Source: Macrostomum lignano (Eukaryota). Taken from it: a stretch of DNA of 64,000 nucleotides. Below, one piece after another: positions 23,012 through 36,454 of the stretch (position 1 is its first letter; each line of letters starts with the position of its first letter). The stretch covers positions 62,001 to 126,000 of the forward strand of contig NIVC01002856.1 of the NCBI GenBank assembly GCA_002269645.1, in the 5' to 3' direction. The notes beneath the pieces are model-generated. The model searched no databases and was not told the origin of the DNA. It worked only from the letters and a program-made list of their open reading frames with translations. Made by a program: the position numbers and the translations under genes.

Positions 23012-26000
23012 TCACAGGCTGGCTGCCATAGGGTTCATCTGCAGTTGCGGATTCGGCGCCCCGTCAATCTCAGGGATGTCCTTGCGAAACATGTCCTTGA
23101 TGCGCTGCGGGTGACCAAACGCAAGTGAGTTGTGAGGTCAATGGGGAGGAAGTCAAATACCATGGACAGAAGCAATTCAAATAGTTTACTGATTTAACTG
23201 CCTTACAAGATAGAAATAATTTATTACTGAGACGAGTTTCTGTTTTGTCTTGACACTTGACTTGTAACAAAGCAATTTAAACACTTTTTTAGTGCTGCAA
23301 TGCAGCAGCGAAATGCGGATGTAACAGATAAGTTTTGCCACTTAGTAGGTAGCAACAAGCAAATTTTTTGAACATTAAAAATATATACCCAAACAGAATG
23401 TTCAACATGATGTGTCTTTGAGAAGTACTTTACGACTTAAAACCAATAGAAAAAGCACAAGCGGACGAGTATCTAGTAACAAGGACTATCGACGACTCCA
23501 ATTGCAATTGAAACATTCTTTATGAAACTTTTAAGGACGAAATCCGAGCAATTACCAATTTATGCAACCTCTCTGAGTGTGCTCAGTCAAGCTCACCTTA
23601 GACAGTGGCAGATTGTGCTTATTGTCGGTGAAGCAGAGCGTCCGAATGGCATAATAGATGGCGTAGATGGGTATGGCAACCACGGACGACAGGGCCAGCA
23701 TGGCCCCCAGGGCTTGGGCCCAGTCCGGGTATTTGTATGGTGGGGCCGTGGACCGCGTATAGATCAGCGGCTTAAACTCCAGCACAGAAAAGGCCAAAAC
23801 GCCCTGCATGAAGGTATAGTTCAAGGTCAAATGCAAGGTCAAGTTTAAGAAAGTACTATCATTCGACTTAAACGTAAGGAACCAAATCTTGCACTCACGA
23901 AGCAACTCAGAGGGCACAGGACGGTTACACAAATCTGCCAGATAATGGGCGGCGCATGTCCAATCACCATCTTCATCTTCTCACGGAGGCGGAAAATACC
24001 TGAAAAGGTCGTTTATACATTACTTAACTTAATATAAACATTGTAAATGGGCCTTGTAACTCTTGAGTACACAGACGCGCTCAAATCTGATTTTCAGGTT
24101 GTGTACCGGGGGTTGGCGGCCCCTTGGGCCCTCGGGGGTTGGCCCGTATGATTAAGCGTTGTCTATCTATCAACAGGTCCGGAGGGCAGTGATAAAAGTA
24201 TAGTAGAACAATTTACCGAAGAACCAGGCAAAAGCGATGCACTCGAATCCGATGAGCAGCAGAAGGGCCGGGCCGCTGGCCGCGTAGCTGTCGAACATGT
24301 TAAACACGTAGGCGCCTCCCTGCGGCAGCAGCGGTTGAGGAGTTCGAGGCTGATCTGATGGTTGCAAGTCTCATCAAACTACGTTGAGTAGAGTATTGAC
24401 ACAAAATTCCGTTCAAATTTCCGCTATTAGCTCCGAGGGTCCAAGATTGCTCAAGATTGATTTGAGCAATACTTAACCTGCTGAGCGACTATCAATAATG
24501 TCAACTGGCCTTTCAAGGATCAGTTACTTCAAGTAACTGCATAAAAGTCATGGAGGGATTCAGAGTTCAAAGGATTAAAAATTCTGAACATCCTTGTGGA
24601 AAATTTAACGCTCTTCTCACCGTGCTGACCATGGACAGGCCGATAACGAAGGAGACCATACAGAGGACGAGCACAAACTTTTTTCTGTGCACACGCAGCA
24701 GTGGCCACTCGTCTGCCACCGCCGTGATGAAGCCTTCGACGGTGCAGAACTACAATTTGTTTAGCATTGCGCCGTTGTTAAATGATCTTGATCTAGAAAC
24801 ATTAACACCTGATATAACGGCCGTCACTTGCCTGGCTGTCAATGCCAACAAAGAAGACCATCAGAAAGAACAGGACAGCCCAGATCGGAGCTGCGGGCAG
24901 CTCAGAAATAGCGGACGGATACGCCAGAAAAGCCAAGCCCGGACCTGCGGAGTGATTGGGGAGTGATTGTAGAGTGATTGTGGGGTAATTGCAGAGTGAT
25001 TGTGGAGTGATTTTGGAGTGATTTTGGAGTGATTGTGGAGTGATTGTAGAGTGATTGTGGAGTGATTGTAGAGTGATTGTGAAGTAATTGCAGAGTGATT
25101 GTGGAGTGATTGTAGAGTGATTGTGGAGTGACTGTAGAGTGATTGTGGAGTGATTGTAGAGTGATGTGGAGTGATTGCAGAGTGATTGTGAAGTAATTGC
25201 AGAGTGATTGTGGAGTGATTTTAGAGTGATTGTGGAGTAATTTCAGAGTGATTGTGGAGTGATTGTAGAGTGATTGTGGAGTGATTGTAGAGTGATTGTG
25301 AAGTAATTGCAGAGTGATTGTGGAGTGATTGCAGAGTGATTGTGGAGTAATTTCAGAGTGATTGTGGAGTGATTGTAGAGTGATTGTGGAGTGATTGTAG
25401 AGTGATTGTGGAGTGATTTCAGAGTGATTGTGGAGTGATTTTAGAGTGATTGTGGCGTAATTGCAGAGTGATTGTGGAGTGATTGTAGAGTGATTGTGGC
25501 GTAATTGCAGAGTGATTGTGGAGTGATTGTAGAGTGATTGTAGAGTGATTTTGGAGTGATTGCAGAGTGATTGTATGGTGATTGCAAAGTGATTCGAGGG
25601 TGATTGGAGAGTGATGATCATGTTTTAGTGAATTTCCCCTGCAAATGAATGACAGTGTATCATATTGAGAGATTGTTGAGGCATTTCACCCAAAAGTTAT
25701 GTAGAAACATCGCACTATGCTACTGTAGTTAAGTAGTTTTTGGCATAACACCAGCGAGTTATTTAAACAAGCTACTCATCTGCGAACATCTGTTTTGTTA
25801 TATTTCCACTACAAAACTGCATATGATTATGAAAAATTGGAACAAAAGAAAAATTGCAAAAGTGCTGCATTCTAGAGCCGACTAGCTGGCGGCAGCTTCT
25901 ACGCCTGGAGAAGCGCCTACGATTTTCTATTCCATCTCCTCAACTGCATTTATTTTTAAGCTCAATGGTTTGAAGAGCTTATTGGCAGTTTATTTACTCA

Positions 26001-29000
26001 CCTTGCTGCATTGGGCTTTTATTTTAGAGCTGAATTCCTGATTGAAAATCTGCATTTTTACCCTCGTCAAAAGCCTCACCTGACGCGGCCACCTGGCTAA
26101 CACTCTTCTTCTGCGCTTTGGCCATGAATCCGATTACTGAGAAGATGACAAAACCGGCAAAGATGCTGGTACACGAGTTGATGGTGCCAACCAAAAGTGC
26201 ATCTCTGCAGTGGAGCGATAGAGGGATTTTTTGGAATCGTTTTTTTACAATTCCATATGGCTTTTTCATTGCTGAAACGGAGAACTCTTCCCCAGGCCTC
26301 AGGTTGGGGCGCAATGAAGCGAGTAACGGTGAGCCCTTACTGACGGGATGAGACACCTGGCATAGCTGATATGGCTAGTTGACACTGAGGCTCGGGAGCT
26401 AACAGAATAAACTGGGAACTGAATCCCTTCAGCTGTCTAAGCTATAGAGAACCTTTGCCTTGCGCTGAGGCTCCGTGAGTTATGACGCCTCTTCGTGGCT
26501 TCACGCGCGGAGAGACGAGGGTGGGGGTTAGAGCGGGACAGTGGAGCTATATTCAAAGAGAATACGCGATTACCTGACACTATACCCTGAAGCTACATAT
26601 GTAAAGCACCTGATGGAAAAAATACAAAAAAGTAGAACGAGAGACACAGAGACAAATGAGCCAGCTCATCACCCCTTTGCGGAAGACAGTTTGTGGTTGC
26701 AGTTGATAAAAAGCATTGACGGAATAAGCAAATAGCGTAGACCCTGGCTGCATGCAACGAAAAACGGAGCCTTGCCAGGCACTCACTTGTAGCAGTTGTT
26801 GGTTAGCGGGTTGTAACTGCCAAGAGCTATGTGCGTGCCGAGGCCTAGGCCCAGGGAAAAGAATATCTGAGAGGCGGCCTGGAGCCACACCTGCGAGTGG
26901 GAATGCAAACTCAAGTTCAGCTTCATTCGATTTGATTAACTGTTGTTGACATAACTGACTTAAAATTTAACATTGCTGGAATTATTATTGGTTAAAAATT
27001 AAAGTCCACCTTTGACTCCTGAATTTTGGTGAAGTTCGGCTTCAGGTAGTACTCGATGCCAATGCTCGCTCCGTCCAGTGTGATGCCGCGGAACAGCAGG
27101 ATGATGAGCAGCATGTACGGGAACAGAGCTGTGACGTACACTATCTGCAATCAGTTCCAAGCGGATTCTGACAGCTGTTGGACGTGGATTCCACAAGATT
27201 GCACAGCCCAAGTCATTATTAGGAATTTCAAATTCTCAATCCAAAAGCTATTAACCAGTATATCTTCCAGAAAAGCATTCAACTATTTTCTTTTTTCCCG
27301 CAGCAAAGCGCTCACACAACTAGCAAGCTCAACCAAATTAACAACCTTTCCGGTCCACTGAACGCCCTTGAAGATGCAGAAGTAGCAGACGATCCAAGCG
27401 ATGCCCAGCGTCAGCACCAGCTGCCAGCGCAGCCCTCCGGCCTCTCCAATGTCGGTGGACATGCTCAGCGCTTGGCGTCTGGAGAGGTTGAAATTAATAA
27501 AATGGCTCAATACTTCTGGACCCGTTCAGGCATGGGCCCATGCCTCCATCCGCCTGAGTAGCCCACAGTGCGCAGGCATCACACAAAACAGATTGAAAAA
27601 GCAACTCACTCCCAAAATTCGGCCACCGGCGAGTTCCAGCTGTCCTTGCCGCACAGCTGGCACTGCTCCATCTCGCTGGTTGTCCCAATCACGGAGATTG
27701 GGCCCCAGCTGTCATTGTAGCCGGATGGGATCAGGGTGGTCGGCAGCAGACCGCGGGTGAAATTCGTGGCGGAGTAGGAGATGTTGACCATGGTGCAGTT
27801 GAAGCCCGTATTGTTGGCGAAAGTGGACATGCAGCAGTGCGTATTCCAGCTTTCGTTGCACTTCTTCCAGGGCAATTCGCCCATGGTGAAACTGTTGCCA
27901 AGATAATAAAGCGCGTAGGCCACAATGACAATATAATACACGTTGAGCCAGAAAGCCATTATATTGGCGCAGAAGCCGACACCTGAAATCAAAGTTCAAA
28001 GAGCGCTGTGTGAAAAGGCCCGATTACATGAATTGACCTTTAGCTTGCGTCGATTCTGTCTGGACCGACAGTGGGCGCCTTGCAAGCATTCGCAGGCAGC
28101 AAGTCATGAATTTTGTTATTGCCAAATCGGATGGAAATCCACGATTCAAGGAACCGAGGCTGACTGGGGCTGCAAAAATTCAATTGAAAAAGCAAAACTC
28201 TCCTGACCCTCTTCGGCAGTTGTCGCAATTGTGTTTCCTGTCGGAGACAGAGCGAGTGCACGCGAAATTTGAAAGCCATTCCACTCTGTCAGAGACAATT
28301 AATTAACCCGAATGGCTTTTTCTGAAAAAGGCAATCTCTCAAGGCTCCCTTCATCTCGTCTCTATCGCTCTGTTGCAACCCAGCTGTCGCTTCCACTGTG
28401 GCTCAGACGGGATGCCTGCCTTCCAATTCCACGAGTTGTCCCATCCAGAAGCTAGCAGGCGGAGGAAAGCGAAGATGACAGATTCCTCATCTCAGTTGGA
28501 CCGGCGCCCCGACCCCGCAGAGACCGGTGGTGTGTAAGCAAACATTGCCAGGGGAAGATTGCATGGCTGATTGTGCCGGCTTACACTGAAAATGCCCGCG
28601 AGCGCAGAGCAGACAGCCAAATAAAACAATGTTTAACGACGGTCGCACCGCGGCCTGCCGATGGTTTTTCTTACCCTTGAAGATTGGGCAGTACTTCCAC
28701 ACTCCGAGGCCACCAACGTTCAGCATCTGGCCGAGGCTCAGCTCCAGCATCAGCATGGGGATTCCGCCGAAGAAGAGCGTGATCAGATAGGGGATCAGAA
28801 AGGTGCCTGGTTTGGCCGAAGATGGTTTGGAAGAATAAAAATAGGCATTCGCAAGTGTAAACTGCTTATGGCAAATGTCAAAGGTATCCGGTGGATCACT
28901 GACCCTAATTACCGCAAAATTTTTAACTTTTTAACTAAAAAACCAAATAAGGCTACATTTGCAGTTTTTAAAGAGTAGACTGTGTGCTGACTATTGTAAA

Positions 29001-29508
29001 AGACCGTGGACTCCCAGATCCTCATAGAGGAGGGGCGCATCTGATCAGCCCTATCCTGACCTCCATGAGACCCTCCGCTCGCATTCAAAGTCAAATTCGA
29101 ATTCCTCCGATGTTCTACGCACAGTAGTTCTACTGCCTCAGCTCTTTCTCTGTTGTCTCAGCATCCCAAAAAGTGCTCAGGCATTGAGACCCCTCCCCAA
29201 AAGCTCACCGCCGCCATTCTCATAGCAGAGGTAGGGAAAGCGCCACACGTTGCCCAATCCGATGCAGAGTCCAATGCAGCTCAGAATGAAGTCTAACTTG
29301 CTGCTCCATTTCTCTCTAACAGTGACCGGCCCTGACGCCTGAAAGAGCGAATAAAGAAAGCTCGCAGTTAGTTCAGAATATGTGCAGAAGCATCTGTGTT
29401 TAACAACCCAGCGACCTTGGCTGCTTCCGCTGTAGCTTCCTCGCCGTCTCGCAGAGGCACCTTCGCTTCGGCGACGGCGTCCTCGGCCTCCTTGCCATCG
29501 GGGTCCAT
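23012..29508 (-). CDS. SLC6 Na+/Cl- dependent neurotransmitter transporter, GABA-transporter (GAT)-like
   Basis: Phase-consistent exons: 29508-29416, 29338-29209 ([36 protein letters not shown]), 28806-28675, 27982-27610, 27478-27346, 27144-27010, 26890-26787 (QIFFSLGLG), 26204-26080, 24944-24832 (GPGLAF...GIDSQ), 24749-24621 ([10 protein letters not shown]), 24319-24217, 23999-23899, 23803-23597, 23104-23012. TM1 has Gly rather than Asp, which argues against a monoamine transporter. Exon 1 has a weak donor and is the least certain. Confidence 0.93.
24950..25615. repeat. 11-bp minisatellite (gagtgattgtg/gagtgattgta)n in an SLC6 intron
   Basis: Direct periodicity, about 60 copies, abutting the exon acceptor at 24944. 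Confidence 0.92.
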
Positions 29509-31805
29509 GTCGGATCTGTTCGGGAGGGCGGTGTCTTAGAAACCAGGTGAACTTATTATCAAAATATCTGCTTTCAGGAGTTCCGGCGCCGTCAGGGGAG
29601 CAACAAACGGAGATGCGGCGGAAGGATTCTGGGATAATTGGAGGGGAGATCTGCAGCGACAAGTGCATTCCCGTTTGGGGCTTTTTTATACGCCATATCC
29701 CCATGGCCGCTGCCGCGATTCCCGTGTCCTCGCCAACTCCGCTGCCATTGGCCGCCCCGGGGGTAGGGTGGGCGATCCCGGCCCACTGTCCTGGAATAAA
29801 TAGGAAAAGTAGATGCCTCAGAGGAGATACAAATGAAACTCAGGCAACCTGAGAATCGCCGAGAAGAGAATAGGGAGAAATTTCTCAGCAGAGTAGGAGA
29901 GACTGACAGCAAGGGGTTGGGACAGAATGGCAATGGATTCGGGACCCGGCTTGTCAATCTGACGCACTCCATGAGTGAGTGAGAGTTGGCCAATGCCGCC
30001 CTCGGGCGGGGCTGAGGTAGCAGCCAGCAATATCAGCTCATTGCTAATTAGCGCATCTGGACCGGACCATGGCGGTTCTCACACGGCTTTTCCGCATGTC
30101 TTGGCTGCATGGGAGGAAGGACAGCCCAGGCCCTCGCTTTTCTCACGCTGGTCCGACCACCCCTATGCGCGATACTGGCAAAGCAGAGTAGGAAAGCTTT
30201 TAAGACCGCGGAAGGACCTCGGGGAGGCCCTGAAATCTGAAATCCAGTTTGATCTGACCCCCGGTTTTCTCATTATCCAAATAAAGCGCCGGGTTCTGGG
30301 TAGAAGAGCTGCTGAAAAACACAAGACAGAGGAGGGGAGAGTGGAAGCGAGTAGGAGAGGCCAAGAAAATCAATGAGAGGCTAGCACAGAGTAGGGATCG
30401 GATACCGGCTCAAATCCGCCCTTTTTCAGAGCGCTGCGTGACAACTCGCCGGCTCAATATCCACGCGTCCAACGGTCCAAAGACCCGCAGCTCATCTGTA
30501 ATTTAACTCTCTCTGTCTGCTGGAAAGGCCTTTTTGGGCTCCGTGTTGCAGAAATGGGTGAAGGTGGGGGAGGATTTTCCTGCAAGCCTCAACTCGCAGA
30601 GACACGCAACTAAGGAACTAATAGCTCCGCTTTGGTCCACTGCTTTGATTGCTGTCGCACTGAGCTGTTCTCACGCAGCGGATTAGACAATATTGCCGGC
30701 AGATTCTGCGATATGAAATTGTGGGATAAGTAGAAATTCTCGGCTGAGATCAACTGTGCTCAGCATTGGGACACGAGGGTTCGTATAGCTTCAGCACTGA
30801 AGGCTTGGGACTCCAGATATCGCTTTAATTTATTCTCAAGCCTTCTATCCACGGAAGGACGGAGGGGTCACGTGAGCAACAACCGCTGAGAGTGAGCCGC
30901 AACGCCTGACAGCTGTGCCTCGGGAGGGAGATGCGAGTCTGATTAGCAGCTGATTTTTCTCTCTCTAAGTAATTAATTATTTTTCCCGCTAACTGGAGAA
31001 GCGCCCAAGTACGAGGCGATTAGAGAAGTAGAGACGCGCGTCGAAAGCTTGAGGCATTGGGGAATATTCAAGGGCTTACTATCGTATCTATGCAGCCAGC
31101 CCTTTTTTATCCTGACGATAACTAGATATACGAGAATTATAATATTAGTTTTTTATTTCATTTTTAATCTTCTACGAATTCCGCTTTCTTGCATTCCGCA
31201 TCGATAAATTGACAGGAAAAGCAGCAAATTAACACCTGCAAAGCTCAAGACGCTTTCTTTTTAACAATACGAACTTCATGTCATTTCTTACGACTATTAG
31301 GTTATTTGAATTTCAAAGGACGTCATGATGTTTGAGAATAGTTAGGCTGGCTGATTTTCATTTCATAGTACATGTAGGTTGACCCAGACTCCTGGGTTTA
31401 CTTGTGCTTGATTTTTTAGAATATTTAGCTCTTTGGAGTAGTAACAGCATACATAGGACTCAATTGTTATGAATGATTTAGTTTAGAAAAAGCTATGAGT
31501 TGTACAGTTTTGTAATTTGATCTGTGGTGCATTGTGCGTGTTTGGGAGTCAGATCCAATATACTAAAAATGGGAGTCAGATCGTATCTAAATTTCAGGTT
31601 TCACAACTCAGAATCAGGGCCTGATTATCAGGCTTCAGGGGACCAGAAATCAGGGTTCAGAATCCACAACTAAGTATTCAGGACGAGACTAATGGTTTCG
31701 GATTAGAGGACCCGATTAATGAGGAATTAGAGTTACTGGTTCGGGACTGGGGATCGATGATACAGGACTCAGGACTGATCCACAGCTAAGGGTACAATCC
31801 GCCCT

Positions 31806-32905
31806 GGTACTCTCAAGTACTCACTAGTACTCACTAGTACTCACTAGTGGTCACTAGTACTCCCAAGTACTCACTAGTACTCACTAGTACTCACTAGTGG
31901 TCACTAGTACTCCCAAGTACTCACTAGTACTCACTAGTACTCACTAGTGGTCACTAGTACTCCCAAGTACTCACTAGTACTCACTAGTACTCACTAGTGG
32001 TCACTAGTACTCCCAAGTACTCACTAGTACCCACAAGTACTCAGGAGTACTCACTAGTACTCACTAGTACTCACTAGTACTCACTAGTAGTCACTAGTAC
32101 TCACTAGTACTCCCAAGTACTCACTAGTACTCACTAGTGCTCACTAGTACTCCCAAGTACTGACTAGTACCCACTAGTACTCAGGAGTACTCACTAGTAC
32201 TCACTAGTACTCACTAGTGCTCACTAGTACTCACTAGTACTCACTAGTACTCCCAAGTACTCACTAGTACTCACTAGTGCTCACTAGTACTCCCAAGTAC
32301 TGACTAGTACCCACTAGTACTCAGGAGTACTCACTAGTACTCACTAGTACTCACTAGTGCTCACTAGTACTCACTAGTACTCCCAAGTACTCACTAGTAC
32401 TTACTAGTGCTCACTAGTACTCCCAAGTACTGACTAGTACCCACTAGTACTCAGTTGTACTCACTAGTACTCCCTAGTACTCACTAGTAGTCACTAGTGC
32501 TCACTAGTACTCCCAAGTACTCACTAGTACCCACTAGTACTCACTAGTACTCCCAAGTACTCACTAGTACTCAATAGTGCTCAGGAGTACTCCCAAGTAC
32601 TCACTAGTACTCATTAGTGCTCAATAGTACTGACTAGTACTGACTAGTACTGACTAGTACCCACTAGTACTCAGTAGTACTCACTAGTACTCAGTAGTAC
32701 TCACTAGTACTCAGTAGTACTCACTAGTACTCACTAGTAATCATTAGTGCTCACTAGTACTCCCAAGTACTCACTAGTACCCACTAGTACTCAGTAGTAC
32801 TCACTAGTACTCAGTAGTACTCACTAGTACCCACTAGTACTCCCTAGTGCTCAGTAGTACTCACTAGTACTCACTAGTAATCACTAGTGCTCACTAGTGC
32901 TCCCT
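31806..32905. repeat. 10-bp satellite (agtactcact)n with 40-bp higher-order units
   Basis: About 110 copies. At the left end the variants tggtcact and tcccaag recur every 40 bp. Confidence 0.95.
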
Positions 32906-34954
32906 AGGCCGTATTAATGACTCAGGTCGCAGGACTCAGCAATTGAAATCTGTTCTCCCAGATTTGACAGCCATTGAAGACAATGCTCACTATTTTAATC
33001 CCTGTCGAGCCGCTGAGTCTGGCTAAGCTCAAGCATAAAATCTAGACACAATAGCACAAAACACCAGCACGGGTTTTCGCATGCTTGACAATTATTCGTT
33101 CCAAAAATAGTCAAACATTAGACAGTCTCATCCAGGGTATCCAGGCTGACTTGCTCGCAGATGCAGCTCTCACAATTCCACGCTTGACTGCGCCCAATCT
33201 TACCAAATTGAATTACCTGCAGTCCCTTCCACTACCCGGACGAAATGAAACAATCGTATATACACTGTACGAGCGTACCTGGATTTTGGGAAGGAAAGCT
33301 GTACACGTATAAAAAATGTCTTTTTTGACCTCAGCCCATGCATGGGGGGGGGGTAAATTAAATGCAAACGCTGGGTGATGACACGGGGCGACAACCGACA
33401 GTCCTCAGAAAGCAGATGCAGCAACAGCAACAGAGAGCGCGCACACACACACCTGTCTCATACCTGTTCAACAGGAATCCAATTCTATGCAGTCCTGTGG
33501 CTCCAGCCCGTCAGTCAGCCACACGGGAGCCGCACCGCTTCCCGGCCCTAAATTCTTCAATCAAGCGAGCCCCCGGAGTAAATTAGGCAGCTCAAGCCGG
33601 GCGCGGGAGGCGGCCAGCCATGCGCACTAAAGAGAATGGGGCAGAGGAGCGGCAAGGAAAGGTGTATTAAAATGATTAATTGAGTGAAAAACTGGACCGG
33701 CCCTCGAACTGTGTCGCGTGACTGACTGCAATACGAACTCGGGCAATGATGAAGCGACCCGGAGCGCTGTGAGTCGGTTGGGGGGGGGATGAGAAATGAA
33801 ATTGAAAGCGGAGAGACCGGCGCTGGTGATTATTAAGTCTCGCTATTCGCTTTGAAGCAGTGTTGCCATGCGGAGCGCGAGTTCGCACCAGCTTAGCAGT
33901 GCCGGCAGGAAACAAATTGACTGCTGCTGAGCATTCAGCCAGTCTAGATCGGGCATTATCTCACTATGCTCCAGTCGAACTCAGCGGATCCCAGCTGAAT
34001 GACGCACGCTTTTGACAGAACTGGGAAAATTACGAGAGAGAGAGAGAGAGTTCGTGACCTGGGCCTGTCAGAACATTTCATAGCTGAGAAACTTGAAATG
34101 CGCTGTTGAATACATTTCTAATGTTTTTAACGAATTTACTATTGTACTACTGATTTACTGAGTAGTTTAGGATATGAGCAGGCTTACTTTTTTAGTTGGT
34201 AAATACCTACAGAAAGCCGTCTTCGATCTGATGCTCTCTGATCATGAGTTTCTGACCATTTTGATTTTCTCATCCTCATTAATCTTGTACAGATCAACAG
34301 GAATTTAGAATCAAACGCGAAACACTGGCTCCTGCCATTAACAATACCTACAACTTTTAATTAAAGGGCATAATCTGCTTGCAAAGTACACTTGTTACTT
34401 GTTTACTTTAACTGTTGAATTAAAAGTTTTGCATTTGAGCAGATAACTACTGATAATTACTTTAGTTGCTTTAAACTTGCCCAAATATTCTCTCTCGGCC
34501 ACTCATTACAGGCCGGAATTCAGTGGTATTTTAATCTAAACCATACTTTCTAAGAAGTTTAAAATAAGCGCGTACACTAACTGGAACAGAATGTACATAG
34601 GCACAGGGGTGGACAGAAAGGGGAGGGGCTGACTGTACGCTCAACTGGCCAATGTACGCACTAGGTCAAGTACGGGACTGAAGCGAGCGTTGCCTTGGAA
34701 AATCCGGGAATTCCGAGGCCAAATTTTATAGCGAAAACTGAAGCTTTGGATCAAGTTAGAAAGGCTTTATTGGTATTATTACAGTCTGCCGCAAACAGAA
34801 GGAAATTCACCCGGCTTTGCCTCGGAATTTCGGGATCGGAGGGCCGGGGAAGGCTACTTTAAGAACGCATTGGAAGAATGGCATCTCCTCAGGTACCGAA
34901 CCCCAGCTTCCCTGTCGCTAAGCGCTGAAGAGTCAGGCTTAAACTTCGCGGTCG

Positions 34955-36158
34955 ATGGACTCAGCAAAAACAACAGCAGCAACTGAGAAGTCCGGCTGCA
35001 CCATCGACAGGTGGATTCAGCAGCACCTGCACATGGGCGACCTCGCCGACCTGCGCTGGGTCGACGAGTCGGAGGGCGTCTTCCGGATTGACTGGCCGCA
35101 CATGTCGGCGGCGCACTGGGATTTGGCGCGCAGGGAGAATAATGTCTTCCTGGCGTACGCGCGGCACAGGGGTAAGTATGACGGAGGGCATGTTCTCGCT
35201 CTTCTCCAAAATTTTAATAGGTCTTCTTTAGACACGTAGTAGAATCAAAGCCTCGCCCTTTAGAATCTCGCCCTGAGAACTTCGCCCTAAGAACCTCGAC
35301 CTGAGAATGCAAGCATCGCCTTAAGATCTTCACCCTAAGAAAGAGTATCTCAGGAAAAGATAGCCCGTGATTACTCGTACCATTAGATACTTAATATCTC
35401 ACATGATAATCTCGTTCTGGGAATCTCACTTTAAAAAAATTAATATTTGCGATTTGGTTTCACTCCTTTCGACCCCGAACACAACCCAAGCCACAAATGG
35501 ATTAAGCACAATACTACAGACTAGTTCATTTGCAGGCAGGTTAAACAAAATAAACCCTATTTTACGAACTATGTCACTACCAATGATAGCATTTAGAAAT
35601 TGAACTCAAAATTGATAGTGAAATTCTGTGATAAAAAATCTAATCGCTAGATACTTGTCCACATCGTATAACTAATATTTAGTTTAAAAATTCTTAATTC
35701 TTGAACTTCTTTTAAAAAACCTAAGGCGAATCAACTACAGACTACACGGTGCTGAAGCAGAAACTCAGATGCGCCCTGACTGGCAACAAAAGCATTGACT
35801 ACTTGCCTGCTCGCAGCTCCACTCGGGCAGTTCGGCCTGCCGAGTCTACCGCCTGCGAGCTCCCGTGCACTCGAGCGCTCCCGACTTGAGCACCGCACCC
35901 TCCTTCAGCGCCAGAGGAGACTCTTCAGGCAGAGACGACGTCGCGCTCAGCACCAGCGCCCTGGACCAGGCGTCTGCAACAGGCAATCCGGACGACCCGC
36001 AGTTGGACAGCAACTGTCCGGAATCGTTGCTGAGCGGCCCCGAGTACAATGACATTGTGTCCAGCTGCAAGGACTGGCTGGAGCCGTTGCAGCAAACCGA
36101 ACCTGTTGTGGCGAATGATCTCCTGTCCGACATTCTTGAGCAGAGAAACTCGAAATAA
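34955..36158 (+). CDS. IRF: Interferon regulatory factor (IRF-A): DNA-binding domain plus short tail, with a 1-nt frameshift near 35825
   Basis: Exon 34955-35171 reads RWIQQHL...LRWVDESEGVFRIDWPH...HWD...FLAYARHRG. Exon 35726-36158 reads LKQKLRCAL..., and after a -1 shift GSSACRVYRL. This matches the IRF tryptophan-cluster domain. Confidence 0.85.
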
Positions 36159-36454
36159 GAATCGGTGACGTCTGCATTCGCTTTTCCATAATTTTTTAGC
36201 CTACATAACTGGAAACTACCCCGGTATGAGAATTAGACTCGTTTTGACACTTGAAACATGTTATTTTTTCTTTGAATCTGCCATATTCTGTAATGAAATT
36301 GCTTTGTTTGAAAGCAAGTCAATTCTTTCAGCTAAATTTCAAGATATCAGGAGAGAAAATATTATTTTGACCGAAAACGTCAACATGTGGATGGTTTCAC
36401 ATTTTTCTTCTCTTCCGAACTTTAGGAAGGGCCAATTTGAAAACTATGATGCTT

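Noticed and set aside
34700-34835. kB-like sites (gggaattcc) upstream of IRF-A
   Set aside because: Short, imperfect motifs that cannot be distinguished from chance without conservation data.
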